A program made the position numbers and the translations under genes. The notes beneath the pieces were generated by a model. That model made no database searches. It worked only from the letters and a program-made list of their open reading frames with translations, and was not told the DNA's origin. From NCBI GenBank assembly GCA_040285745.1, contig JAUFOR010000002.1, forward strand, positions 372,001-436,000: a stretch of DNA of 64,000 nucleotides, written 5' to 3'. This document shows positions 39,007 through 49,803 of this stretch, piece by piece; position 1 is the first letter of the stretch; every line of letters starts with the position of its first letter. This stretch comes from Barthelona sp. PCE. Lineage: Eukaryota.

Positions 39007-42000
39007 ATGAGTATTACACCTTCACCTATGCCCTACATTCCCGATTCTTCGGAACTTGTTAGCATTAGAACTGTTGCCGAAACTAGTTTTGTCGAATGCG
39101 GAGCCCCCAGAAAAGCTGAGGAGCTTCGCCGCAAGCTTGGTTACGGAATCAAGCCCTCAGAGTCCAAGCGTGAGGAGAAATGGATCAAACGTTACAGTAA
39201 CGTCCGTTTACAATCCCTTGGTTATGAGCTTCCCGAGACAAACGAGTTCGAGATGCTCACCTCAACTCTCCTCCAGTCATGGCAGGAGAGAGCCAGCAAC
39301 GTTGCACCCAACGCACCCGTTGATCAGCGTATTCAAGACTGGCTTAATAAGTATCTTGAGCCTGTTATGGACAAGATTGACGGAGACATCACTCTCCCTA
39401 AGTCCCTAAGTCTTGACAGATACGGAATGGCCCGTCTTCTTTCGTTGCCCAAAGACTCCGACTGCTGGAAGTCTGAGCTCGTTGAATCACACCGTCTTCG
39501 TGAGCAGGGTGTTCTCCACAACCCCGAGCAGGATCGTCGTACAACCAAGGATACTTTCCACGTTGCTGAAGGCGGTCTGCCTATTGCTGACGATAAGATT
39601 GCCGTTCCCCGTCAGGTTTTCGGTAACATGCTTGCCCGTGCTATGCATCCTCCCAAGGAACACGCTGCTCTTCCTTACGAGAGCTCTATCGATGACCTTC
39701 ACGTCTCTCTTCTCCTCAAGCCTTCCGTCGCCCCTGGTGTCCCCGGTCTCGTTGAGAACCAGAACATGGAGATTCGTTTCTTCGCCCCTGGTGGTATCGT
39801 CTGTGCCGCTGATTTCCTTGAGTCAGTTTTCGGTAACGGTGGTGATCCTTTTGATCTCAACACCGATTCAGCTCTTGATGTCAACGGTTGGTGCGGCTGC
39901 ACTGGTTTCATCATCTTAGCTCCCCATCTCCGTTCTGTTACCAAGAAGGAGGTTGGTCTCCCTCATTACGATGATGCTACTGAGAAGCAACGTTCAACTG
40001 GTTTCTGTTGGACCTCTCCTGAGGAGCTTTACTTTAATGGTACCCCCTTCAAGCTTACTGCACGTAACGAGGAAGGTGTCATCTGTACTATTATCGCTGC
40101 TTCCTACTTCGGTTACTGTAAGAAGGAGGTCAAGACCCAGCTTTCCTTTGCTGCTAACCTCTCCGGCTGCGTCGAAGAGGAGCACGCTGGTGGTGCCCTT
40201 GTCTTCCCCTCTTATGGTCTGGGTATGGACTTTAACCTCTCATCCTTTGTGCGCAAGAAGCGTATCGCTGATAACGACAACAACTTTGAGGACGTCTGCA
40301 ACCTTCTGGGTGAGCAGCGCGTCAAGGTAATGGCCGATGGTTACGCTATCGATCGTCGTTTCAAGGATATCATCTATCTTCCTCGTGGTTCTGACTTCAA
40401 CGTTGAAGAACAGAGTATCACATGGAAGCTCGGTGGCACTGCCAAGTCTCTCAAGATGCTTGAGAACTACACCTACGTGCTCCCCAATGGTTACAAGGTA
40501 CGCCTTGCCCGTCATCCTTCATGGCATCTCGTCGGTACCGGTGCCGAGGGTGTCTCTATTCACAAGGCCATTTCCGTCTCTGGATCTGGTAAGTCTGAGA
40601 TCTCCAAGCCTCTTTCCGATGCCATTCTCATGAAGGCTTTTTTCATTTCCAATTTCGATCAGGATTTCGATCTTCTTTACTCTGTTGTCAACCATGACTA
40701 CTCCAAGCGTTATAAGGAGGATAACGAGAATAACGATCACCGTGGTCTGTTCCACCCTGATCGCTCCATCGGTTCAGTCATTAAGTTGTTGAACCCCAAC
40801 CAGGAGTATACTGAAGAGTACAACAGATGGTTGAAGAAGATTCCCTACCACGTCAGATCTCTCGCCATTCTTCTCAAGTACTTGTGGAAGGACAACATTC
40901 CCGTTGATGATCTCCGTCACCAGTTCTCTGTTGATATGGTCAACTCCTCACCTGGTCACGAGCTCAAGTATCAGAACAGACTTGTTTACGCAAACTATCT
41001 CCGTTGCGGTTTTGATCCCAACAACCATAACTGGAGAACTTTCAAGTGCCGTCAGGATTTCTCTCCTGGTACCAAGATCCAACTTGAGGATGATATCTCC
41101 GTCTCCGTCACTGTTCCCACTCGTCACGTCAAGATTGGTCTCCCCGCTCACTTCCATGAGGAAGGTAACAACCACGCCCTCGCTCACAAGCACACCTTGA
41201 ATGTTGAGGCTCGTTACTTCCAGCGTCCTGATGATATTCGTCATCGTGGTGCTGATGAGCTCGCTGAGTCCATCCTTTCTGGCCGTAACACCGAGACTTA
41301 CAACAACCTTTTCATTACTAACTTTGCTCCTCTTGATCTCAACGATGCTCAGGAGTCTTGGGAGAATGCTATGACTCTCTGTGAGTACACTAAGCCCGTC
41401 CAAAACATGATTGAGGCCCTTGTTGACTCCCGTGAGCAGATTCTCGAGAACGTGTTTGACGATTCCATTTCTCGTAAGAGAACCTCTTCTGGTGTTCGTC
41501 AACCCGCCAAACACATTACTCCCTCAGACAGATACTGGGTATGCCCCGATCGCCCACGTATCTTCCAGGGTAAGGCCACCAAGAACCCCCGTTTCCTTCA
41601 GTGGAGATCTGATCTCCACTGTGAGAAGGAGCGTTACATTTGCGAGGTTGGTGCTCGTCTTTACCGTAAGGTTTCCCCCGCCGATCCTCTCTTCTTCCCC
41701 ATTGATTCCACCATCTTTGGTAGAAGAAACAACCCTCGTAACGAGGCTGATGGTATTCCCCCTCTGGCTGTCTACAACCCCATTCACTTCCAAGATATGC
41801 CCGAGGCCATCCTTGATTGGATGGCTTGCCTCACTGGTAAGTCCCCCTCAACAACAGGTGCTGGTTCTGAGGGTGCCCTTACAAAGGGTCCCTTCAACGC
41901 CATTCGTTATGCTGCTGATGTTAACGCAGCTTTCTTAGCCGCAGTTCTCGGTGGTTACGATTGCTTCACCTCTGCTGCCGGTCACATTGGTGATAACTAC

Positions 42001-42816
42001 GAGGTTGCTCACGATGTTTCCCTTCTGGTTCCTGAAATCTGGTGCCGTCTTCAGCCCCATGAGCGTTCTGCCGAGTATCTCATTAAGAACGATTTCCTTG
42101 AGAAGGTTGATGATATTGAGTACCGTGGTAAGCTTCTCCGTTCCTCCCGCCTCGGCTGGAGAATTAACGAGAAGTTCGTCAACACATTCCTTGGTCGTAT
42201 TTTTGACACTCCTCACCTCGTTTGGAACCCCCAGATCCTCCGTCCTGAAACACAGTCTTGGGAATCTTTCGCCTTGGGTATTGAGAACATCACATCCGCT
42301 CACCGTCGTGTGTGTCAAGCTTACATCAGAGATGGCACAATCGATGATCTTCTTCCCCCCTTGCAGATTCTTTGCCGTATGGGTGCTGAGGATGCTGTTG
42401 AAGTTGATGGCGTACACATGGACAGCGATGAATTCCGTGATCAGTTCAAGCTTGATCATGTTATTGATGCTGAGTGGTATCGTCTCCGTCTCCGCGCCCA
42501 ACGTGTTCGTAACTGGCAGTTGCTCGTCAAGAAGCTTGACTACATCTGTTACTTACTTGAGAACCCTATGTACACACTTGCCACAACTGAGCAGCTCCAT
42601 GAGCGTGCCATGATCATCTTTGCTGAATTGTCTAAGCTTAATGCTGATGACTACGAGGAAGATCTAGTTGGTATGCTTGGTGTTGATGTTTCCTTCTGTG
42701 GCCTCACCGAGGAAGAACTTTCTGAGTATAAGTTCAACATTAAGGATTCCAAGAATGCTCTTAAAAATATTGCTCCTGAGTTACACAAGGCTGCTGCCGA
42801 GTTAGAGCTCTTTTAA
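39007..42816 (+). CDS. Pyrophosphate-dependent phosphoenolpyruvate carboxykinase (PPi-PEPCK / PEP carboxytransphosphorylase)
   Basis: GVLHNP..DRRTT...FHVAEGGLPI, YFGYCKKEVKTQ, EEEHAGGA, SG.GKSEISK, FQRPDD, GRRNNP, LTGKSPSTTGAGSEGALTKGPFNA, HDVSLLVPEIW. About 1270 aa from ATG 39007, with extreme codon bias. Confidence 0.9.
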   Translation: MSITPSPMPYIPDSSELVSIRTVAETSFVECGAPRKAEELRRKLGYGIKPSESKREEKWIKRYSNVRLQSLGYELPETNEFEMLTSTLLQSWQERASNVAPNAPVDQRIQDWLNKYLEPVMDKIDGDITLPKSLSLDRYGMARLLSLPKDSDCWKSELVESHRLREQGVLHNPEQDRRTTKDTFHVAEGGLPIADDKIAVPRQVFGNMLARAMHPPKEHAALPYESSIDDLHVSLLLKPSVAPGVPGLVENQNMEIRFFAPGGIVCAADFLESVFGNGGDPFDLNTDSALDVNGWCGCTGFIILAPHLRSVTKKEVGLPHYDDATEKQRSTGFCWTSPEELYFNGTPFKLTARNEEGVICTIIAASYFGYCKKEVKTQLSFAANLSGCVEEEHAGGALVFPSYGLGMDFNLSSFVRKKRIADNDNNFEDVCNLLGEQRVKVMADGYAIDRRFKDIIYLPRGSDFNVEEQSITWKLGGTAKSLKMLENYTYVLPNGYKVRLARHPSWHLVGTGAEGVSIHKAISVSGSGKSEISKPLSDAILMKAFFISNFDQDFDLLYSVVNHDYSKRYKEDNENNDHRGLFHPDRSIGSVIKLLNPNQEYTEEYNRWLKKIPYHVRSLAILLKYLWKDNIPVDDLRHQFSVDMVNSSPGHELKYQNRLVYANYLRCGFDPNNHNWRTFKCRQDFSPGTKIQLEDDISVSVTVPTRHVKIGLPAHFHEEGNNHALAHKHTLNVEARYFQRPDDIRHRGADELAESILSGRNTETYNNLFITNFAPLDLNDAQESWENAMTLCEYTKPVQNMIEALVDSREQILENVFDDSISRKRTSSGVRQPAKHITPSDRYWVCPDRPRIFQGKATKNPRFLQWRSDLHCEKERYICEVGARLYRKVSPADPLFFPIDSTIFGRRNNPRNEADGIPPLAVYNPIHFQDMPEAILDWMACLTGKSPSTTGAGSEGALTKGPFNAIRYAADVNAAFLAAVLGGYDCFTSAAGHIGDNYEVAHDVSLLVPEIWCRLQPHERSAEYLIKNDFLEKVDDIEYRGKLLRSSRLGWRINEKFVNTFLGRIFDTPHLVWNPQILRPETQSWESFALGIENITSAHRRVCQAYIRDGTIDDLLPPLQILCRMGAEDAVEVDGVHMDSDEFRDQFKLDHVIDAEWYRLRLRAQRVRNWQLLVKKLDYICYLLENPMYTLATTEQLHERAMIIFAELSKLNADDYEEDLVGMLGVDVSFCGLTEEELSEYKFNIKDSKNALKNIAPELHKAAAELELF

Positions 42817-42895
42817 AACATCTTAATCTATCAGTAAATGAGTGATCTGTACATGTTTGTTATACACTAATACATTTTCAATTTTATTAACTTAT

Positions 42896-44594
42896 TCACA
42901 TGTTGATAGCAGAAATTTTCTCAGGCAGTACATCATTTCTTTGGTTGAAAACCTCCTTGATGAGGGTGTTTGTAGAGATTAACTTCGTAGTTATGATCGT
43001 CAAATCAATGTTAAGTGAATCCAAAGCTATGTACTCATCGTATGTGCAACCACCCAAGAAGAAGACAGTTAGCCTACGCTCAGTACTTTCTCTCAATCGG
43101 TGATTGTTGACGTTGAGGTTCAGCTTCTTTGGTAACCTTAAAGTCGAGCCGTTATGAATCTGTGTGCACAAATCGGGAAGAAGTTCATCCATAAACGGTT
43201 TCTGCTTCTTGTCGCGCACAAACAGAAGTCCTGCCTGCTGAAGATTGTTGAGAGTAAATGCATGATGATAACCGTATGTCCTAACGAATATTTTTCTGAA
43301 GTTGTTAAACATCTTGACTGAATCGAAGCCGCCTAGGATGACGCAGTACATGGCCACAAGTCTGAGGATGACCTGTGGATCTGTTTTTGTTGACATAAAA
43401 TCATAGATATGCTCAAACTCACAGTAGTTATCGAGCAAATTAAGTTCAAAATTGATTAGCTCATTGAATGTTTCGTTGGCAATATACTCATTAAACACGT
43501 GCTGTTCGAGGGCCACGTGCTCTCCAATTTTGTCCAGATATGTCCTACTGAGATCTTGCTGGTGTGTAAATGAACGCATAACGTCTGTTCTGCTCTTATA
43601 GTCCTGTGCTTCTTGCAATGACTGGGTGGTTTCTTCCATCTTGGCCTGCCACACGTTCAGCTTATCCTTTAAGATCTTCCTGACGTTCTCAAAACGAAGC
43701 TTCCAAATATCACCAAACACAAGGTCGTTGAATGCATAAAGGCGATCACGCATTGCCTGGTTCGGGATTACGTCCTTTTCAACACGCATGATTAAGTTGT
43801 TATAACCCAGGTATTCGGCTAAACAGCCACCGTAAGAGAACTGTGTCTTCAACGCATTGGCATAATCAACGGCCCTGTCCACTATCAACAGCTGTCCGGC
43901 GTCAGAGTTCGCTGCAGACAGTGAATCAAACTGCATGCAGTCAAAAAGCCTTTCGGCATGGGCACCCAGGGTGTAGACCGATGAAAATGTCTGACCGTGG
44001 TCGGCCTGGTACTTCGTCAGTGAGTAGCCAAGCTCCCACAGCTTCGTCTGGTCTCCATTGCAGTAGATATGCATGAAAGACTTCGGGCATGGCGATACAA
44101 AGAGCTTGCTCGACAGAGGGATGAATGGAAGATCAAAGACAGAGAGGACGTGGCTTGCATCGGGCTCGCAGGTATGTGAACGCATCATTTCCTTCTGGAA
44201 TCCTGTGAATCTTCCAATAAAAATGAAATAATATGAACGTTGAAGCCCCTGTATGCTTTTAATTGCTGAGCATATGTCACGGATGACGTCATCATCCGGA
44301 TATACGAAGAATACGATACTTTCAGGCACGTTGTCGGGAAGACGACGAGAGAGAAATGCCAATTCACAGTTTAATGCTTTCAAGGTTGGGATAACGACAA
44401 GATGGTGGTACAATTTGGCCACGTATGGGCCGAAAATTAACTTCTTAGGTCCTGATATCTAAATATGAGTGATGGTGCGAAAAAAAAAAGTATCTTCATA
44501 CGTTGCTCAGAAATTCGACAATGCTTCGACTGCCCAGGTGGAGCCACGTGTCCGTGGAGTCAAGGTGAGACAAATTAGGAAGCTCTAGCGGCAT
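42896..44594 (-). CDS. VPS33: Sec1/Munc18-family protein Vps33; two exons (44594-44502, 44458-42896)
   Basis: IVFFVYP, LLIVDRAVD...L.TQFSYGG.L.E, ILRLV..C...GG, RTYGY.H..TL.NL..AGL, VFFLGGCTY.E. The spliced N-terminus ...VEFLSN|ISGPKKLIF matches the Vps33 start. Confidence 0.85.
44459..44501 (-). other. Spliceosomal intron (43 nt, phase 0) in Vps33
   Basis: Minus strand reads GTATGA...ACTCATATTTAG. Removal joins a 31-codon ATG exon in frame. Confidence 0.87.
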
Positions 44595-44902
44595 TTTATG
44601 ATGATAGGGGTTGAAATTGTCGTAACATATATAAAAGTCCAATTCATAGCTCTTAATCTGCGTTAAGATGTTTATAAACACTACGTACAGGATTTTAGAT
44701 ATGCTAAAAGAAAATGGCACCGACCTGCTTGAGAATATTTTCCTTTTTTCCCTACATTAATGTATTATGCGGTATATAAAGTATTTGAAGCAAATTAAGG
44801 GCGTGAAAGCACTGGTGAAAGTATAATTCTGTTGTGCAAGAAAAAATCTGCTTTTTGCATTTTCTTTCCTTTTCACTACATCCGGTATTTATTTGCATTG
44901 CA

Positions 44903-46330
44903 ATGGGAAAAAACAGCAGCCTGAAGCCTAAATCAAAAAGAAGTAAGAAGAACAATAAGTTTTCTTCTCGATTTGCAGATTTAAAGCACGACAAGAGATT
45001 CAGACCCGTCTCAAAGCACCACAAAAAGGTGGAGGTCGACGAACGTTTTGCATCTGCACTGCAAAATATGTCTAGAAGACCAGAAATCGACGGTTTCAAA
45101 AATGAGGACGGATTGGATCGTTTGTACGAAATGGATCCTGCCAACAAGCTCAACAATCTCGGAAACGAGTCTGAAGGAGAGTCTGACTCTGAGGATGAAC
45201 TCATTGTTCCAGAAGAAGAAATTTTCTACGAAGAAGAAGCTGTGGTTGTTCCTACCATCGAGGACGGAGAGGAAACTCGCTATCTCGCTTGTTGCCAACT
45301 GGAATGGGATAAACTGCGAGCGGTTGACCTGCTTCATTTTTTCAGGGATATTGTGGCAATGGAGAATAAGGATTTTTCAAAGGGCATTAAAAGCGTTGGT
45401 GTTTATGTCACCAACTACGGTAGAGAAAAGCTCAAGCTGGAGGCCGAGCAGGGACCTACTTTTATTGAGAGTGAGCTCCCTGCACACGTTAAAGTGAACA
45501 AGAATGATGATGATTACGACACTGTGCTCCTGAGATACTATAATATGTCTCGCTTGAAGTACTACGTTGCGCTTGTTGAGTGTGATAGCGTTGAAATTGC
45601 TGATAGTCTGTATGCAAATTGCGACGGCGTCGAGTTTGAGCATAGTTCCACTCATATAGATTTGCGTTTCGTCGACGATGAGCAGCTGAAACAGTTCGAA
45701 GGGAGAGAGGTGCGTGACAGCGCGACAAAGCTGCCGAAAAATTACCAGCCACCAAACATTTTCGGAAGTAGTGGATTAGGTCAAACCAACCCCACGTTCA
45801 AGTGGGATGATGACGACAAGATGTATCAAGAGCTCATAGAGAAGGCCAACAAGGATGAGCTTGATGATGAGGGCATGCGTATGTTGTTTGGCAGCGATGA
45901 TGAGTCCGAGAAGCTTGACGCTGCAGCCTTCTTTGGAGCCGGTTTTACTGGTTTTGAGGATGATCCTGATCGAAAGAAGAAGGAAGAGGAGGCAGAGGAG
46001 CCCAAGGCGCAACGTAAGAAGAAGAAGAAGGTTGTTGTTGAGGCAGAGGAGGAACCAAAGAAGGAGAGTATTCTGGAGGGATTTGAAGCCGATCTTAACG
46101 ATGATCGTTTCAAGGCAGCGTTTGCGAACGAAGACATGGCTCTGGATCCACAGAGCAAGCTGTTTAGAAAGGATGCATCCAGTCACAGAGTTAAACAACA
46201 GCAAAAGAAGCGTAATTGGAGTTCTCGTGAAGAAGAGAAGAAAACAGGGAAAGAAATTATCAAGAAAAAGTCCAAGACAGCAAAAAAACCCAGCGCTAGC
46301 GATGATGAAGATGATATGATTTTCAGTTGA
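44903..46330 (+). CDS. ESF1: Pre-rRNA processing protein ESF1
   Basis: D.RF...K.EVDERF, ETRYLA..LEWD..RAVDL, V.VY...YG.E.L..E...GP, RLKYY.A.VECDS, DLRFV and a NUC153-like D.RF.A.F....A.DP. First ATG at 44903. Confidence 0.9.
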   Translation: MGKNSSLKPKSKRSKKNNKFSSRFADLKHDKRFRPVSKHHKKVEVDERFASALQNMSRRPEIDGFKNEDGLDRLYEMDPANKLNNLGNESEGESDSEDELIVPEEEIFYEEEAVVVPTIEDGEETRYLACCQLEWDKLRAVDLLHFFRDIVAMENKDFSKGIKSVGVYVTNYGREKLKLEAEQGPTFIESELPAHVKVNKNDDDYDTVLLRYYNMSRLKYYVALVECDSVEIADSLYANCDGVEFEHSSTHIDLRFVDDEQLKQFEGREVRDSATKLPKNYQPPNIFGSSGLGQTNPTFKWDDDDKMYQELIEKANKDELDDEGMRMLFGSDDESEKLDAAAFFGAGFTGFEDDPDRKKKEEEAEEPKAQRKKKKKVVVEAEEEPKKESILEGFEADLNDDRFKAAFANEDMALDPQSKLFRKDASSHRVKQQQKKRNWSSREEEKKTGKEIIKKKSKTAKKPSASDDEDDMIFS

Positions 46331-46369
46331 AAAGAATAAAAATCGGTAAATTTTTTCTCACCTTTTACA

Positions 46370-47935
46370 ATGGGTACTTCAACATCAAGGCCCAATCTGC
46401 GTTCAGGGGAAAATTCTGACAGCGATAAATGGGGTCTACGAGCATATAGTCGTTTTCGTCGTTTGGCAGTTCACGCTATTGATCCGAAGTATAATTATAT
46501 TCCCCCGGAAACGGTCCAGGATGTTATGGCGCGAGTTGAGAGTTACGAGTATAAAAGACAGCCTATTCCCGAGAATGAATTGTTTTCTCTAATGGATAGG
46601 GTTTATTTGCTATTTGCGAGGGAAAAAAACATCATAGACATCGACCCTGCATTAAACGAAGAGCCGTTGTATGTTTTTGGTGATATCCACGGTCAGTTCG
46701 AAGATCTATTGTATTATGTTCGCAATGTGCTCAACCAAGAAAATACCCGCATGTTATTCCTGGGGGATTACGTCGACAGGGGACCTCAGTCCATCGAGGT
46801 ACTCTGGTTGCTTATGATGCTCAAGTGTGTTATTCCTGATAGGGTATTCATGCTGAAAGGAAACCATGAGCAGGTGCCAGATGGCAAGTTCGACTTCTAT
46901 TACGAGTGCCAGGTCCGTTATTCTAACGATTGTCTTGTTTTATTTTCTGAATTTTTCAAATCACTTCCTCTTGCTGCAGTTTTATTCGAAGGCGAAGATC
47001 CGTCTGTCTGGCTATCGCACGCATCATTCCCACTTAATCCGGTGCAAGCTAACGAGATCGGCTACATGGATCGGTTCAGGGAGCCCAGCATCGGTGTATA
47101 CACTCAAACTATATGGGGAGATCCACTGGAGAACACAACAGAGGAAAAAAAGAAGTCCAGTCGTGGCGCACAGGCGTATGATTTCGGAGCCAGTCTAACT
47201 TTTGAATTTCTTGATAGGTTTGAGCTTGGCCTCTGTGTTCGTTCTCATCAGTTCTTTGAGGAGGGGCATCATCTGTGCCACGACGAGCGCTGCCTAACAC
47301 TTTTTTCAGCGCCACGCTATTGCGGGCATGGAAATCCTGGTACGTTTGCTAGGTTCCCTTCTTTAGACGGGAAGTCAAAATACCAAATAATGGCATACCA
47401 AATATCACAACAGGACTACATTGAGAGGCTGAAGAAACCTGCGTATGTCGTTGACTATCGAGAGGAGTTCTTCAAGAATTCTCACAATAAGGTTGTGTAT
47501 GAAGAAACATTGCGTATAACCAACGAATTAAAGAAAGAACAAATGAAGGACGCGTCCGCCGAATGGCTAACCATCGTGGAGACGGGATCTGAGGACTCTG
47601 TTGACTCATTCGCTTACGATCCAGTTGAGGATATGAACAGGTTTCCAGCAATGGTCCAGCAAGAGCGTATCATGTATGATGAGGAGCAAATGCACGATCC
47701 TGAGTATTATAATGACATGATACGTGCGATGGAGCGTGATTATAATCTCAAAAGAGACGAGAACGGAGCGGATGACATTTCTCAAAAGATTTGGAATCCC
47801 GATCATAACCGCCAGGATCTGGACATAGAATATGACTTTAGTCTCGAATATGAGCATAGAGATGTGAATGACGGGACAGACGATGATTTGCAAGATTATT
47901 CCCTTCACACTGCCATTCTCGGTGGTGAATCGTAG
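46370..47935 (+). CDS. PPP-family Ser/Thr protein phosphatase with an N-myristoylation motif and acidic C-terminal extension
   Basis: GDIHGQ, FLGDYVDRG, KGNHE, RSHQ, TLFSAPRYC. The N-terminus MGTSTS fits MGxxxS. Confidence 0.92.
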   Translation: MGTSTSRPNLRSGENSDSDKWGLRAYSRFRRLAVHAIDPKYNYIPPETVQDVMARVESYEYKRQPIPENELFSLMDRVYLLFAREKNIIDIDPALNEEPLYVFGDIHGQFEDLLYYVRNVLNQENTRMLFLGDYVDRGPQSIEVLWLLMMLKCVIPDRVFMLKGNHEQVPDGKFDFYYECQVRYSNDCLVLFSEFFKSLPLAAVLFEGEDPSVWLSHASFPLNPVQANEIGYMDRFREPSIGVYTQTIWGDPLENTTEEKKKSSRGAQAYDFGASLTFEFLDRFELGLCVRSHQFFEEGHHLCHDERCLTLFSAPRYCGHGNPGTFARFPSLDGKSKYQIMAYQISQQDYIERLKKPAYVVDYREEFFKNSHNKVVYEETLRITNELKKEQMKDASAEWLTIVETGSEDSVDSFAYDPVEDMNRFPAMVQQERIMYDEEQMHDPEYYNDMIRAMERDYNLKRDENGADDISQKIWNPDHNRQDLDIEYDFSLEYEHRDVNDGTDDDLQDYSLHTAILGGES

Positions 47936-49776
47936 TCATACAGCTCTAATAATCTATTATATATGACGTGGTATGCGTTGGACAACTTTATACTTTGTAA
48001 TACAGGTATTACCCTCGATAATAAAAAAATTTGATGTGATGAGGGTAACAGCGATAGACTGCTACAGTATGTTGTGAGTTGGGTGATGACAAAATTGGCA
48101 GAAAACTTGTTCTTATGAACCAGTTTAGTTATCAGCTGAGGTAGAAGCCCCTCAAGTTTTGTGATGAACATCTCAATTTTTTCATCCATGAGCGATTTGA
48201 GATCAATGTCGTTGGGAAAGGCGAGAGCGCACCCACGCTTGGCAACGATGATGCTGTTGACGCACGTACAGAGTAATGCAGTGTTAATTTTCTTCAAATA
48301 CCCCATTTCGATTATCTTCTTCTCAAAAAACAGTGCATGTGCTGTCTCCACCGCTGTTTGCAGTATCTGATGCAGCATCAACGTTCCTCGCCTGGTGCGC
48401 GACTGGGATTCCACAAGACCATATTCGCTGCAAATCTCTGTCAGTCGCACAAATGGGCTGAAAACAATAAGCTGATTAATTTCTTCGTTGCTCATGAACC
48501 TAGCGGCGTTCCGTTTGTTGAGTACGAAATTCTCTGATACAGACTCGAAAAATGTGCTCCATCTCTTCTGGATGAAATCATTTCGCTTCTGTTGGAAACC
48601 CGGCACAATCGAGATGCTAAGCGTGGTCTGCACCGCTTCAAGGTGAGAGAGCACACTGGAAATTGACGTATGAACATCAGAAACAGTGTTAAACGATAAG
48701 TTTTCGGAAAATGATGCTTGGTAGACATTGATAAATATCTTTGTTTTTATGTTCGTGCAACTTAGATTCAGCTTACTTGACATGAAGTCCATTGCCGCAG
48801 CAAGCCCTTTGAGAGACCATTCTCCCTCTAAGCAATCAAAATTAGAAGAAAAGTTATTCACACTTATTGCTCTACCACAAAGTGTGGAAGCTGATTGAAG
48901 GTGCTTAACACACGAATCAACACCGTCAACTGGCCCATTGTCACTCAGAAGCGACTGCAAATGTCTGTTTATGTGAGCAACAAGTTCATCTAAGAGTTTA
49001 AGTGCCAGTATTGTCTTTTCTTCGTAATATCCTGCAAATATATGCATTCCATTATATTCTATAGGCAGCTTAGGATATGTTTTGAGCAGGGAGATCGCTT
49101 CTGTGTACATGGCGTTGTCAATACTGTATGAAATACTTTGCTGTAACTCGGTGCTTGGAAATTGAAGCACTGACATCACCTTTTCTATGTTTTTAGCACG
49201 TGTTGCATTTCGATGCTGTCTCAATTCTTCCTCTGAAGCGGCTTGCATTTTTGTGAGATAAATGAGTATTTCTGAAAAATCTTGTTCTGTTGTTGAAAGC
49301 GCCTGCCCAAGGGGGTGCAGGACATCCAACAGGTCTGAATTCTTAAGATCTGAGGAGTAAAACCTATTTAAATAAGAGATAAGTTCAGCCTCAACAATTT
49401 CCAGAAAAGTGAATAGCTCGTCTTGAACGGTGTCAAAGTTAGATGTATTCGCTCCCATAATCTCGCAAAGACGAATAAAGAAATCGTCAATATCTAAATC
49501 ACCGATTTCCAATAATTTCTGAAATCTAGCGTCTTTTAATGGTACTTCCTGATCTTGTGCGGCCTCATCCACCGACTTCAACTTTCTTCGAGGTGGAATA
49601 TTGTCAAAAACATCCCCAAACGTGTCAATAAAGAATCCATTCTGAAAAATCTTCAATAAAGTAGAAACCTTATCGCTAAGTCGCTTCACAGACTCATCCA
49701 GTGAGTCAGGAGATTGCTGTGAAGCAAAGAAAGACATAAGAAACGGCTTAACAATTTCTCTTGAAAAAAATTTCAT
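47905..49776 (-). CDS. Helical tethering-complex subunit, Vps54-like (GARP)
   Basis: VQDELFTFLEIVEAELISYL resembles the Vps54 LQEKLSxYLDxVE block, and GYLKKINT.LL resembles its C-terminal block. Alternative start ATG at 49737. Confidence 0.55.
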   Translation of the reverse strand: MKFFSREIVKPFLMSFFASQQSPDSLDESVKRLSDKVSTLLKIFQNGFFIDTFGDVFDNIPPRRKLKSVDEAAQDQEVPLKDARFQKLLEIGDLDIDDFFIRLCEIMGANTSNFDTVQDELFTFLEIVEAELISYLNRFYSSDLKNSDLLDVLHPLGQALSTTEQDFSEILIYLTKMQAASEEELRQHRNATRAKNIEKVMSVLQFPSTELQQSISYSIDNAMYTEAISLLKTYPKLPIEYNGMHIFAGYYEEKTILALKLLDELVAHINRHLQSLLSDNGPVDGVDSCVKHLQSASTLCGRAISVNNFSSNFDCLEGEWSLKGLAAAMDFMSSKLNLSCTNIKTKIFINVYQASFSENLSFNTVSDVHTSISSVLSHLEAVQTTLSISIVPGFQQKRNDFIQKRWSTFFESVSENFVLNKRNAARFMSNEEINQLIVFSPFVRLTEICSEYGLVESQSRTRRGTLMLHQILQTAVETAHALFFEKKIIEMGYLKKINTALLCTCVNSIIVAKRGCALAFPNDIDLKSLMDEKIEMFITKLEGLLPQLITKLVHKNKFSANFVITQLTTYCSSLSLLPSSHQIFLLSRVIPVLQSIKLSNAYHVIYNRLLELYDYDSPPRMAV

Positions 49777-49803
49777 TACATCTAGAAAACAGTTTATTTG
49801 ACA

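Noticed and set aside
39056-42613. Many 100-220-aa overlapping ORFs within PPi-PEPCK
   Set aside because: Same codon-bias artefact; the translations are S/L/V-rich and mostly have non-ATG starts.
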